NCBI GenBank assembly: GCA_964016885.1
Contig: OZ024741.1
Coordinates: 187,054,001 to 187,118,000, forward strand
Origin: Eledone cirrhosa
Taxonomy: Eukaryota
Reading direction: 5' to 3'
Length of the DNA stretch: 64,000 nt
The position numbers and the translations under genes are program-made. The notes beneath the pieces are model-generated. The model worked only from the letters and a program-made list of their open reading frames with translations, did not search any database and was not told the DNA's origin. Below, in pieces: positions 25,768-37,775 of this stretch. Position 1 is the stretch's first letter. Each line of letters begins with the position of its first letter.

Positions 25768-26015
25768 TAAGGCTTTTATTCTGGCAGATGTTATACCAAC
25801 ACTATACCAAAAGCGCGAACCATAGCCAATGGTCAAAGGTCCTTTGGGTTATTCTTTCTCCTTCATTTTTCCAATACCCTTCTTAGAATTCTTGCTGTTC
25901 CCAGCAAGGCTGTGTCCTGATGGTAATTCCTATGTTCTCAAGCCATAAATACAACCTTCTAATAACTGCTCCCAGTGCGCCAACCACAATCAATAAGATT
26001 TCTACGTGTCTGATT
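25768..26015 (-). mobile_element. Degraded R4/Dong-like 3' fragment next to (ATT)n
   Basis: IVVGALGAV...WLENIGI motif on the minus strand. Confidence 0.55.
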
Positions 26016-26381
26016 CTACCCGTTTAAGTGTGTGTATATTCCATCAAGATAACATATATCAGCATTGTTGGATGATCCCATCGAAACGTCGAATGAATCC
26101 TCTGGATCGGATATATTTACTCAAACGGTGCTAGTGTTAAACAAGACGGTTATTCGCATGCAGTACTTTAGTTCTAAATCCAGGCCATTAATGGATCTGG
26201 AGGTACGGGCGTAGTTTTAAGGCCTTGTCTAAGAGTGATTTAGAAATAGAGGGGTAAAAACTGGTAATATCGAACTGGGAGAAATTAGACCTGTTCGTAG
26301 AAGGGATAACTTTTTACTAGGAAATAAAAATAAACACACGCACAGATACATATATATATATGCTATATATACATACACATT

Positions 26382-26443
<62 letters not shown>

Positions 26444-26496
26444 AACACATACATGTCTCCTCAATCTTTCTATTACTTCTTTAATTTTTCATTCTA

Positions 26497-26532
26497 TTTT
26501 CTGATGAAGGACTAGCGTCCGAAACGTTAGAA
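26497..26532 (+). ncRNA. Minimal type I hammerhead ribozyme in a pLTR-like repeat (about 26440-26690; related inverted copy at about 18340-18560)
   Basis: TTTT-CTGATGA-a-GGAC tagc GTCC-GAAACGTT-AGAA. Confidence 0.75.
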
Positions 26533-26744
26533 CTCTTTTCCTACTATTTCAAGCGCAAAACTAATAATATACTCCTTCATTGTACTGTGTGTTTTGCTTT
26601 ATTATATCTGTTTTCCTTTTGCAAATATGTACTCTGCTATGTATTGAGTACCTTATTTACTGTGCCCCCCCCCCCCATTGAACACGGGATATATATATAT
26701 ATATATATAGAGTTAAAAGAATAGAGGTGTAACACACAAGTTAT

Positions 26745-27138
26745 TATATATTGGTAAACGGAATAGAAAATGCTGACAAATTGTTCACAGTTGAAAAATG
26801 GTTTAATTAGGAATAAAAGAGTATTAGTGATTGTATGGGTTAGTATTCAGTTGTGGTTTTAAGTTTTTAAGTTTTTACCGGTTGCGCATTTCTAAATGCT
26901 TTTCAAAAATAATTTTGAGATAGAGTGTCCGTGCTGTTTGCTCTGATCTGAGCAAACAGCACAGACACTCTATCTCAAAATTATTTTTGAAAAGCATTTA
27001 GAAATGCGCAACCGGTAAAAACTTAAAAACTTAAAACCACAACTGAATACTAACCCATACAATCACTAATACTCTTTTATTCCTAATTAAACCATTTTTC
27101 AACTGTGAACAATTTGTCAGCATTTTCTATTCCGTTTA

Positions 27139-27148
<10 letters not shown>
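26745..27148. repeat. Near-perfect palindrome with 199-bp arms and a 6-nt loop
   Basis: 26745-26943 is the reverse complement of 26950-27148, with one visible mismatch. Confidence 0.95.
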
Positions 27149-27179
<31 letters not shown>

Positions 27180-27186
27180 AGGGAGT

Positions 27187-27513
27187 GTAACGGGAAGGTA
27201 CTGTAGGTTTACCCGGGTGAGCACTCGATGTTTAGATTCACGTTTGTAGCGAGGCATAGAGCTAAGCAGAGTGTAAATATAATAATACAAGGACGAATTT
27301 GTTAAGCGTTCGTTACAATTATTGATTGGTGACGCACGTTTCGCTATTGATTAGGTCAATGTTCAATCTGTATCGATCAGGCCCGACTCTGGAATCAAAA
27401 GCTCGTCGGAACTTTCTGTCATTACAACAGCAGAGGTCCCACGAACTTTTGATTCGAGAGTCGGAATATCGAAACGCGCGGCACCACTCAATAAACGCAA
27501 TGAAGGCTTAACA
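27187..27513 (+). mobile_element. Possible solo-LTR relic
   Basis: Begins TGTAAC, ends TTAACA, with AATAAA near the 3' end. No target-site duplication found. Confidence 0.3.
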
Positions 27514-27538
27514 ATTCGTCCTTCTATTATTATTATTA

Positions 27539-27706
27539 TGTGGATTGGCAGTATCGGTAGAGGGTCGGACGCCATGCTTTGACGCATTGAGTTACGGCCC
27601 TTGTCATTCTGAGTTCAAATCCCGCTGAGGTTAACTTTGCCCTTCTTTCTTACGGGGTCGATAAAATAAAGTACCAGTAATACACTGGTGCCAAAAGTAG
27701 AAACAA

Positions 27707-27710
<4 letters not shown>
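27539..27710 (+). mobile_element. tRNA-derived SINE
   Basis: A box TGGCAGTATCGG (27546-27557), B box GAGTTCAAATCCC (27611-27623), ATT-repeat flanks. Confidence 0.9.
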
Positions 27711-27754
<44 letters not shown>

Positions 27755-27918
27755 TTTCTGAATTTGTTTAGCAAGATTCTTTATCTGAAATCGTGTGTTG
27801 AAACCGATATTGTTATACTTTGGGAGGGTCATGTTGCGAATAAGAAACATACGCACCAGTTGCTTTCACTTCAATTTATTATATATTTATAAAGTTATAA
27901 ATTTATAAATTTCTGGTT

Positions 27919-27980
<62 letters not shown>

Positions 27981-28729
27981 GAGAGAGGGAGAGACAGATA
28001 GAGGGAGAGAGAGATAGAGAGAGAGAGAGGGAGAGAGGGGAGAGAGAGAGAGAGAGAGAGATTTGTAAATTTGTATTCAGCACTGCAGAATTTGTAGATT
28101 TCACACAACACTATACGTAAGATGATGATGCGAAAGACAGTTGCTGATGAAATACCTCTTGAAAGAGATGAAAATGTGAGAGAAGTTCTCTTAATCTGAT
28201 TTCCTATTCAATAGTCTAGACGGAAGAAAATATTATAATATATTGATATTAATTCGCAAATTACTTTGCCGCTGTCACATCACTTTATACACTATATATG
28301 TATACATGCGAATACATGTGTGTATAGATACATCCATACACACATACATACACATATACGCATGTATATATATATATATATATTCACACACACACTCACA
28401 CATATACATATACATATATATATTTATATATAATAAAAGTAGGTGTTCCAACATGTAATTAATTCACTCAGGGACACACGTGTAGCCGGACCATATGGTA
28501 AGTACAGTGAATTTTTTGGAATTTATTTATTATATTTAAAGATATTTTCTGCATTTACACTCCCTTGATGTTATATATATATATGTAGATAAATCTACCA
28601 AAAGTTTACGGTAGTGTCCAATCCGTATGAAGAACTCAATGTAATCCGGATATCATGAAAAGAGAAGATGCATTCAAAAACAACTTTCGGTGAAAAATAA
28701 ACGGAAAACAGAGTCAAGATAAATTAATA

Positions 28730-29539
28730 AAATAATGAATAAACAAAGAAACAGTTCCTTATATTATAAAAATCCATCATTTTACGATCGTTTCTAGGAT
28801 ATATATGTGTTAGAGTTGGTATGCATATTCTATAGATCTATGTACAATATTTATACAAACTATCAGAGGGAATATACATACCTACACATGCTGTCTTCAG
28901 AAATAATGATATTTGTTTATTGAAAAAAAACAAAGATTCAATACAATAGGTCTGTTTGGGAACAGGTTTTGAATTGAACAATAGAGAGATAGTGAGGGTC
29001 AAGATAGTAATATAGTAGTAGAAGAACCTTAAATTATGGGTAGAGGAAGGTAGATTTCAGTTCTGGATGGAAAAGAATATTATGAATGAAGGATTATTTT
29101 AGGGAAGAAAATAGGTCGTATGCTGACCTCAGAAATAATTTTATTTGTTCATTGAATAAAACCAACAAAGATCTAATATATTCTGTCTGTTTGGTAAGAG
29201 GTTTAGAATTAACCAATAGAAAGTTAATAATTGGCCAAATGGTAAAATAGTAGTAATTGAAGCTTATTTTAGGGGCTAAAATAGGTCAGGTCAGTAAAAG
29301 GTATACAAGCAGTTACTGTTATAAAATAGTAATGCCAATGCAAATATCTAAGGAGACTAAAATTTTACGATAAGAGTGTTAGTGAAAAAAATACATCTAT
29401 GAAAAGAATATAAATTAATTTAATTGATGGGTATATTTATATTGATAAAATTATACTAATACATATAGATATGATAAATAAGAGTTAGATGCAGTTGAAA
29501 AGTGCTGTTAAAGATGAGGAGAAATTAAAAGAATATAAA

Positions 29540-29590
<51 letters not shown>

Positions 29591-31350
29591 CACATACACA
29601 TATACACACATACATATATATATACACATATATATATATATATACATGCATATATACATACATACATATATATATACACACACATATACACCTACATATA
29701 CATATAATTATTGGTGGGGGGGGGGAATTAAATTTATTAGTGAGAAATAATAAATATATATAGATTTCAAGGAACATAGAGTCATAACCTGAAGTTAAAG
29801 CATTATATATGTTTACTGAATGGTATCAGTTTTAGGAAATGATAGTTGTAAGAAGGAAAGTAAAATTATGTAGTTCATCAGTAGTAGAGTATTAATTATA
29901 GGTTAACTAAATTATAAACAGTTTATATATTAATTTCTAAAGTGTATATTAATTAGGTTTATAATATTTAAAGGTTTTTCTCAGTTTATGATTACACGAT
30001 ATTATTAATTCCTGTCGCTTATTTAATAGGATATCCTTAGATTTCATTAATTCAAAAAGTTCTTGGGAACATAATCTACATTCATATCTACTATTTTGAT
30101 AAGGGGTGGCCCTTTTGAGCACACTCCAGGTCAGGTCATAATCTATATTCCTCTTTCTATAACTATTAATTATTTCAGCTAGAGATGTTGTATTAGCTAG
30201 TGCGGTATTTTTAAAACTATGTTTGTGGGCATTAAATCTTACCTTAAATTTGTTAGAGGTAGCTCCTATATATGAATAAATTGAGTCCTTACTGTTAACT
30301 TTACATTTATATACTATGTTATTAACAAGGTAATTTCCTTTTAATGGACAGTTTGCCTTGTTTCTACAGTTACAACTTTTCGTGAATCCTGTATCTGAGG
30401 AGATATTATGGTTAGTTTGATGTACTGGTGGTATACTCATGGTTTTTTTTACATTTATATGCATTATAGGCACTTATATTTTGTTTTATGTTTTTGGTTG
30501 TTGAGTAGGAGAATTTAACCGTTGATCTATTTAAAATTGGATGGTATTTGTGGTTTGGTGGGAAGTTTTTCTCTAGGATATTAAAGAATTTTTTAGGTAT
30601 ATTATCCTTAATTTGTAAATTAAATGGAGCATTATACCAAGTAACTCGTCTATTACGGTTTCGATGTTGTTTATTGTTTTTATAGGATGCATCCTGATGT
30701 TTATTAAGAGAATTATTGTTAATGACCTCACCAAACACATTTTTAGTTAGATTTATTGATTTAGGTGTTTTAGCTTGTTTATTAGGAGTTTTATTATTAA
30801 CATTTATTAGAGTTGTAGGATGAGTAGTTTTTGAGAGTTACTATACTGTATATTAGAAGAGTCAGAGAAATTTGGTTTTATGTTGGTGTTTTGGGGTATA
30901 GTGTGTATGTTTCATTTGGTGTTTGTTGGTAATATTAGGTTGTATGTTTGTAGTGTTATTGGTAGAAGGTATATATATTAATTTATTTTTGTGGCCACTT
31001 CTAGCTAGAGCTTCGTTATAAAAGGTCGCATTTTTATCAAATACATCTTGGTTAGACGAAAGGTTAGAAATTCTAAATGATATATTATATGCAAGGTTTT
31101 TAAGGATAGATTTAGGGTGATTAGATTGTGAGTGTATGTAGTGTAAATTTTGGTTGGGTTTATGGTAAGGTTGGTAGATACCCGTAGATAAGTCTAATGT
31201 TATATCTAGGAAATTAACCACTTTACTTGTGTTTTCAAATGTAATATCTAGACTATAAAAGTCTTTAAGGAAAGTTCTAATAAGTTTGTTTTTTTTCTAT
31301 CTCTGAGAGGCTAAGGTTATTGGAAAGAAGAAGACAGTCGTCACGATATA
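28730..31350 (-). mobile_element. Second Penelope-like element of the same family, 5'-truncated
   Basis: ORFs 30862-31221, 30412-30738 and 29949-30473 (CNCR..CPL, YIGATSNKFKVRF, CRLC). 3'UTR homologous to 22915-23750. Confidence 0.93.
28775..28908 (-). ncRNA. Type I hammerhead with extended stem II, second copy
   Basis: Reverse complement reads CATTATTT-CTGAAGA-long stem II-GAAACGATCGTA-AAATGATG. Confidence 0.8.
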
Positions 31351-31370
31351 AAATATCATACATGCACACA

Positions 31371-31537
31371 TATATATATATATGTACGTATCGTTGTCAC
31401 AATCTTATACATCAAACATTATATTTTATCTGATGAAAGCATACCATAATCCTTGAAATAGGTATAATAAAAATATATATAATGCTATAGTGATATTTTC
31501 CATTTATTACTATTAATAATAATAATAATAATAATAG

Positions 31538-31568
<31 letters not shown>

Positions 31569-31721
31569 CTATTATTATTATTATTATTATTATTAATAGT
31601 AATAAATGGAAAATATCACTATAGCATGATATATATTTTTATTATACCTATTTCAAGGATTATGGTATGCTTTCATCAGATAAAATATAATGTTTGATGT
31701 ATAAGATTGTGACAACGATAC

Positions 31722-31740
<19 letters not shown>
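31371..31740. repeat. Palindrome (~170-bp arms around (TA)n) with a hammerhead motif in each arm
   Basis: TTTTAT-CTGATGA-aagcat..atcctt-GAAA-taggta-TA-ATAAAA at 31424-31472, and its reverse complement at about 31637-31686. Confidence 0.9.
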
Positions 31741-31797
<57 letters not shown>

Positions 31798-31953
31798 ATT
31801 TGTGTATACATATACATACTACTGTACGTCTGTATTATAATATATTGATATTAATTCGCAAATTACTTTGCCGCTGTCACATCACTCTATACACTATATA
31901 TGTATATATGCGAATACATGTGTGTATAGATACATCCATACACACATATACGC

Positions 31954-32009
<56 letters not shown>

Positions 32010-32110
32010 CTATTATTATTATTATTATTATTAATAGTAATAAATGGAAAATATCACTATAGCATGATATATATTTTTATTATACGTATATATATATATA
32101 TTTATTATAC

Positions 32111-32173
<63 letters not shown>

Positions 32174-32995
32174 TATATACACACACACACACATATACAC
32201 ATACATATATATATATTTATATATAATAAATGTATGTGTTCCAACATGTAATTAATACACTCAGGGACACAAGTATAGTCGGACCATATGGCAAGTACAG
32301 TATACATATATGTATGTACGTCTGTATACATATATGTATGTACGTATACATACTTATATTTAAGTAACAGCCGTACTAAGAGTGAGAAATGAAATTTCGT
32401 TTCATTTTTTCCATTTATCGTTTTCGGTGCGCCCAGCCGACTAACTCACTCAATATGCAAATTAGGTTGCACAGCCGTTAATATGCATAAGGAAAGTATA
32501 TACTTTCAGACGTTTAATCATCTGGCAGGAAGGTATACGATGCTAACGATAGGTAATAAGCTTGAGACTAGTACATCGTTTCTTTGTCAGTGTTGAACAA
32601 AAGGGCAACGATTGTTGCTAAACACTGTACGGCTTAATTCGGGCTGTTTGTTTGTTTACAAACAAACCGAACATTATAATAAATGTTCGGTAAAAACGAT
32701 ACGTACATATATATATATATATATATGTATGCATGTATGTATATATATATACATATTACTGTACGTGTGTATACATATATGTATGTACGTATACATACTT
32801 ATATATATATATATATTTAATATATATATATATATATATCCCAACACTAGAGCAAGAATTACGGGGTTATTCTACTTACATGACTTAAAGAGGCTGTTTG
32901 CATAATTGCAAACGAATCGAATATTATTATTAATATTCGAAAAGCTCAGATTTACATCTCTTGTACTCAGCCGTGTAGCATGATAAAACTATTTG

Positions 32996-33066
<71 letters not shown>

Positions 33067-33399
33067 ACAGTGAAGTAGATACCAGTAGGTTGGAATTTAC
33101 ATCATTTTATTGACTACATAATCTGTGTTATACATATTTCTATATTTCGAAAGTAACTGTTAGGTAACAGTTACGACCTCTTCTGACAGTTATTACGCGA
33201 ACAAAAAAGAAATGCATGAATAAAGATTACTCTTGAGGTTTCCTTTCTGACACGTTCTGGTTACTTGTGTTGTTTTCTCAAAGCACTGCTGACATGAAAT
33301 TTTGTTCAAACACCCTTACAGCACCAGCACAAAGGGTGTAAACCCCTAGCTATTGGTTCAGGTTGGCAAACAATTATCTGAGGAACATTGGTATGATTA

Positions 33400-33860
33400 G
33401 TAAATACTTAAATCAGAAGTCAACAGGTAAATGGTAATATGTTACTCTACAGCATAAGATTATACCAGATCAAAACATTACCACTCCTTCACAATGCAGC
33501 GGCAAAAGTAATGGTGTGGTCACAAAATATAACCATATCTCTGTACATATTAGGGTTCTGCAGCGGCTTCCTTTAAAAGTCCGAATAAGGTCTAAAATGC
33601 TACGACTGACATTCAAATCTCTAGACAGGCTTTCTCCTTGAAACACTTGTGAACCACTTTGAGGGAAAAAATGCCGACAATGTTGTTGATAACAAATGGC
33701 AACGGACGGTACGTGTTACCAAGCACTAGAATGAAGAGCGAGAGTGATCGCGCTTTCTGTAAGTCAGCTCCAACTCTCCTCAATGTGCCTTTTCTGTCTG
33801 TAGGAGCTGCATTCTGGCTGGCTTTTACATCAAATTGAATACTTTCCTTTTCAGAAAATA
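33400..33860 (+). mobile_element. Old L2-clade LINE C-terminal relic
   Basis: KYNHISVHIRVLQRLPLKVRI.SKMLRLTFKSL and VLPSTRMKSESDRAFCKSAPTL resemble the L2 consensus HITP.L..LHWLP..RI.FK / VP.TR...GDRAFS.AAP. Confidence 0.6.
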
Positions 33861-33879
33861 ACCACGTGTCCTCTTCCAG

Positions 33880-35058
33880 TTCTTGTGGAAAGACCGTGTC
33901 CCTCTCATAGACTTTTAATGTGATAACGTGCGTTGCGACTGTGGAATTTGCAGAGATTCCTGAACGGTAGGTGGTTTCAGTCACCTTTTGTGAGAGGCGC
34001 TTTTCCTCAGCTCATTACCATGGCAGAGTTGATGTATTGGGTAAAGAAAAGACCAAAAACAGAACAATTGACACTCAGAATGTTGTCAGGCGCTAACCAC
34101 CGCCCAATTCCAATCGGGAAATGTTTTTCATGGAAGTCCTACACTAACAATCTAGAGAGGATTAATGGTGGGGGAACTGTGACGGCCTTCAGGAGAAAGT
34201 CTTTGGTGTCGACGAGAATGAACTGGCTGTTACATAACAGAGGACTTTCAGCCCAGGAACTGTGGATAATATCAAGAAATGTCAGACCCAGCAGTGCGAT
34301 CGAAAGACATTGCTAGTTCGGAGTAAACTCTACAAGTACGTAAGTGTTGTCAGACAGGCTTGTCCGAGATACACACAGAGCAACACAACTGTTGTGCTCT
34401 AACATGTCCAACGCCCGTATATTAGTGACCTGTGGAGTTATTTTACAAAACTGTTGTCGCCTGTAGGAGGAATCCGGCTATCGGCTGAGACTATCGTAAA
34501 GATTGCTTCGCCGCCTTCTGTTTACAGGAAAGGTGATCAGTTTCCTATGTCTGGTGGCTATGGCAAAAGAGGTTGTGTTGTGGAGAAGACTGAATACCCA
34601 AAAGATAGACACGTTTCTTTTCAGTCAAGCTTTCATAGGCTTTTTCAAGTTCCAGTTGAAATGGAAGGTGAAGGTGGAGAGAGAGAGAGAGGTGGTTTCC
34701 TCCAGTACATTTTCGAAAAGATGGATGAAAGTAGCAAAAATAGTAAGAGTGAATGGAAGTAAGCTCAGCTTGTACCTGTAGATCGAACAACAATAGTTGG
34801 GAGAGGGTACACGCACTTGGTGGTCAAAGCGATTGTAGAGCTGTAAGGTTCCTTAATTAGCCTTAGTTATTCAGCTCTATATAACAGGAGGACTGAATGC
34901 CTCAAATAATTGCATACTATGAATACGCGACTTGTATACTATGACTAAATGTCACCTTTTTTCTCATTTTTATGTAAAACCCCTAAAACCTAATGTTATA
35001 ACCTGTCTTGGTATCCTTTCCCCCCCATCTCTTTCCCGTGTGGCAAATGAAAGATCAT
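33880..35058 (+). mobile_element. Degraded Tx1/L1-clade LINE 3' fragment
   Basis: SPFVRGAFPQLITMAELMYWVKKRPK and FLCLVAMAKEVVLWRRL...FFKFQLK.KVKVER...F.KRW are homologous to 48680-49378. Confidence 0.85.
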
Positions 35059-35061
35059 TAT

Positions 35062-35248
35062 CTGGATTGGTAGTATCGGTAGAGGGTCGGACGCCATGCT
35101 TTGACGCATAGAGTTACGGCCCTTTCCATTCTGAGTTCAAATCCCGCCGAGGTTAACTTTGCCTTTCATCCTCACGGGGTCGATAAAATAAAGTACCAGT
35201 AATACACTGGGTAATTGCTGGCTTTGTGCCAAAAGTAGAAACAATTAT
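35062..35248 (+). mobile_element. tRNA-derived SINE
   Basis: A/B boxes, family core and tail. Confidence 0.9.
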
Positions 35249-35276
35249 CATCATCATTGTTATTATTATTATTATT

Positions 35277-37400
35277 TTCTTGGAGTCTCAATCATTGTTT
35301 TTAGTTATTTAACTGGAAAGTTTGTTCAAATGAACATCTAATGAACCTACAGCCTCAGATATTCAGGATGTATCGGAGGGATCTTGCTGTTCTCAACACG
35401 CATGCCTTTTGAATTGTTCCAAAAAAAGGGGGGCTGGACTAATGTTCTTTAACCATCCTTGAAAACTATTCGAGATAGTACCTAGTGCTCCTATGACAAT
35501 CGGGACGATCTTGATCTCATGACAATCCCAAATCCTTATTAATTCCCACTTTAACTCCTGGTATCGTTTAATTTTCTTCCTATCCCTTTCTTGCACTCTC
35601 CTGTCAAATGGGCAGGCTACATCTACAATCAGGTAATATTTTTGTTCCTTGTCAAAAACCACCAGGTCAGGCCTATTCTGTTCTAATTTCTTGTCCGTCT
35701 GTATCCTAAAATCCCATAGCTACCTCACTTAATCGCTTTCTATCACCGACTCTGGCTTATACTCATACCACTTCTCAGAATGTGGTAAATTGTTTACTTT
35801 GCATAGATGCCACTGGATCACCCTGCCTATCACATCATGTCTCCAGCATTTATAGTGGGCCTGGGCTAGGTGTTTACACTCGGATACAATGTGAGCCACA
35901 GTCTGCTCTCTCTCTCCACAGATCCTACACAGTGAGCTAGCCTCCTTCTTGTTAATATGATGTTTCATCCATTTTGTTCAAAGGGATTGCTCCTGTGCAG
36001 CCAGTAGCATTCCCTCAGTAGCTTTTTTAAGGTCTCCTCCTTTTAACCAGCTCCATGTCTAAAGGTGCTATGAAGGGTTTTGTTTCATGAAGGTTGCTCT
36101 TCCTCTTTGTTGATATTTCCTTCTCGGACATCCCCTGGTCTATTGTCTTCTTCTTCAGTACAACTTTGAGCATCGGCTCCCTACTCACAGACACATATTT
36201 GTGAAGACCGCTCTTCTCCATCAGAACACAGTACTCTACGCTGATAAGACCTCTTTCACCTTCAGATCTCTTTAAGTAGAGTCTATCAACATCACTCCTC
36301 CCGTGGAACATGTTGTAGGTACTCATTAGTTTCCTAGTCTTTCTATCCATTTCTTTTTGTTCAGTAACATTCCATTTGAGAATTCCCGCTCTGTACTTAA
36401 TTTCCTTGGAAGATACTTCTATTGATCTTCACTCCGCCCAAGCGTTCAATTACTTAATAGCTCTCTGATGTTATCTGCCATCTTGAAGATCTCTAGGCTT
36501 TTGCTTATCCAAGAATGAGAAACCATGTCGAATGCCTTCTTGTAGTCTATCCGCCCCATGGCAAGACCAGTATGCTTCCTCTTGTAGTTCCTTATTACCA
36601 TCTTGTCAATAAGTAACTGGTCATTTGTACAATGGGACTTCTTTCTTGCTCCCATATTCCTCTCGAAAATGCGTTGGTCTGTTCAGCTTCAGGGATCGAG
36701 CCGTTACCTCTTTCTTTACCTTCAAGCTGTTCAAATAACATCTTCTGGTTGTTGTCAAACATGCGGTTCTGTCTATACTTACTAACTCTGTTCTCATATA
36801 ATTTAATCTTTCCACTTTTTGCTATAATGCGTTGCTTAAGTTCCTCTATGATAACATTTAACTTAGTGTTGTATTTTATTTTCAATCTATCCTTAGTGTC
36901 TATGTTTTGTAATGTCCCATTTAATAAAGACTCAAGCTTTCCAATGACTTTTCTCATTTTCTTGAATTACCTGTCAGTCGCCTCTTCCACCTAGACTCTG
37001 TTCTTTTTTGTTTGTTGTTTCCTCTCGTTTTTGTACCAAGCAATTTTTTCACCACATTTGCGGTCATTTTGAGGATTTTGTTGCATTGGCGAAGGTTTTT
37101 CGCCTCAAGGTATGGGATGACTCTGTTTACCTTAGCTGTCGTTTCTTTTAACTTTTTCCTGTCTACAAATCTTAGGTTCATAGGTTTTCCACTATCATTG
37201 TTCATTTCATCTACACTAAGTTCAGAATATCAACGAAATCTTGCCCTAGCCCGCCAGCATTTATTTCCTTAATGGCCGTATCTTTGTTCCAAATCTTATT
37301 TATTTCGGCATTCAGATCATTGTCTACTTCGGTTGCTTTCAACCTCTTCACCCTAATTTTCTACTGGCTCATTTGCCTGATATGCCCCCCCCCCTCCCCA
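35277..37400 (-). mobile_element. R4/Dong-clade LINE family C, internally deleted
   Basis: IDYKKAFDMVSHSWI, RLYLKRSEG.RGL, CRICG...HIVSEC, RHD, VDVACP, VPIVIGALG. Confidence 0.9.
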
Positions 37401-37439
37401 TTTCCAACTTAATCTCTCTGTTCAGTTCTTCCAACAGTT

Positions 37440-37735
37440 GCTCTATGCTTTGTAACATAGAGTTATGGCACTTTATGTTCTGAGTTCAAATCCACTAAGG
37501 TTAACTTTGCCTTTGATCCTTACGGGGGTAAAGAAAATAAGGTGCCAGTAATTGCTGGTCTTGTGCCAAAAGTAGAAACATTATTATTATTATTACTATT
37601 ATTATTATTACTCAGAGGTTAGCTTTGCCTTTCATCCTTACGATAAAATAAAGCACCAGTAACGAACTGTGGTCGATTTAATCGACTTTCCCCCACCCCA
37701 AAATTGCTGGCCTTGTGCCTAAATCACAAACTATT
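37440..37735 (+). mobile_element. Two truncated tRNA-SINE copies separated by (ATT)n
   Basis: Core and tail motifs at 37440-37585 and 37613-37735. Confidence 0.8.
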
Positions 37736-37775
37736 ATTATTATTAATATTATTATTATTATTATTATTATTATTA

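Noticed and set aside
27539-27625. tRNA gene
   Set aside because: A and B boxes are present but there is no convincing cloverleaf, and the sequence continues into a multi-copy SINE body.
28143-28175. CTGATGA...GAAA hammerhead
   Set aside because: No credible stems I-III.
32359-32645. piggyBac-like TTAA-bounded element
   Set aside because: The terminal inverted repeats are not convincing.
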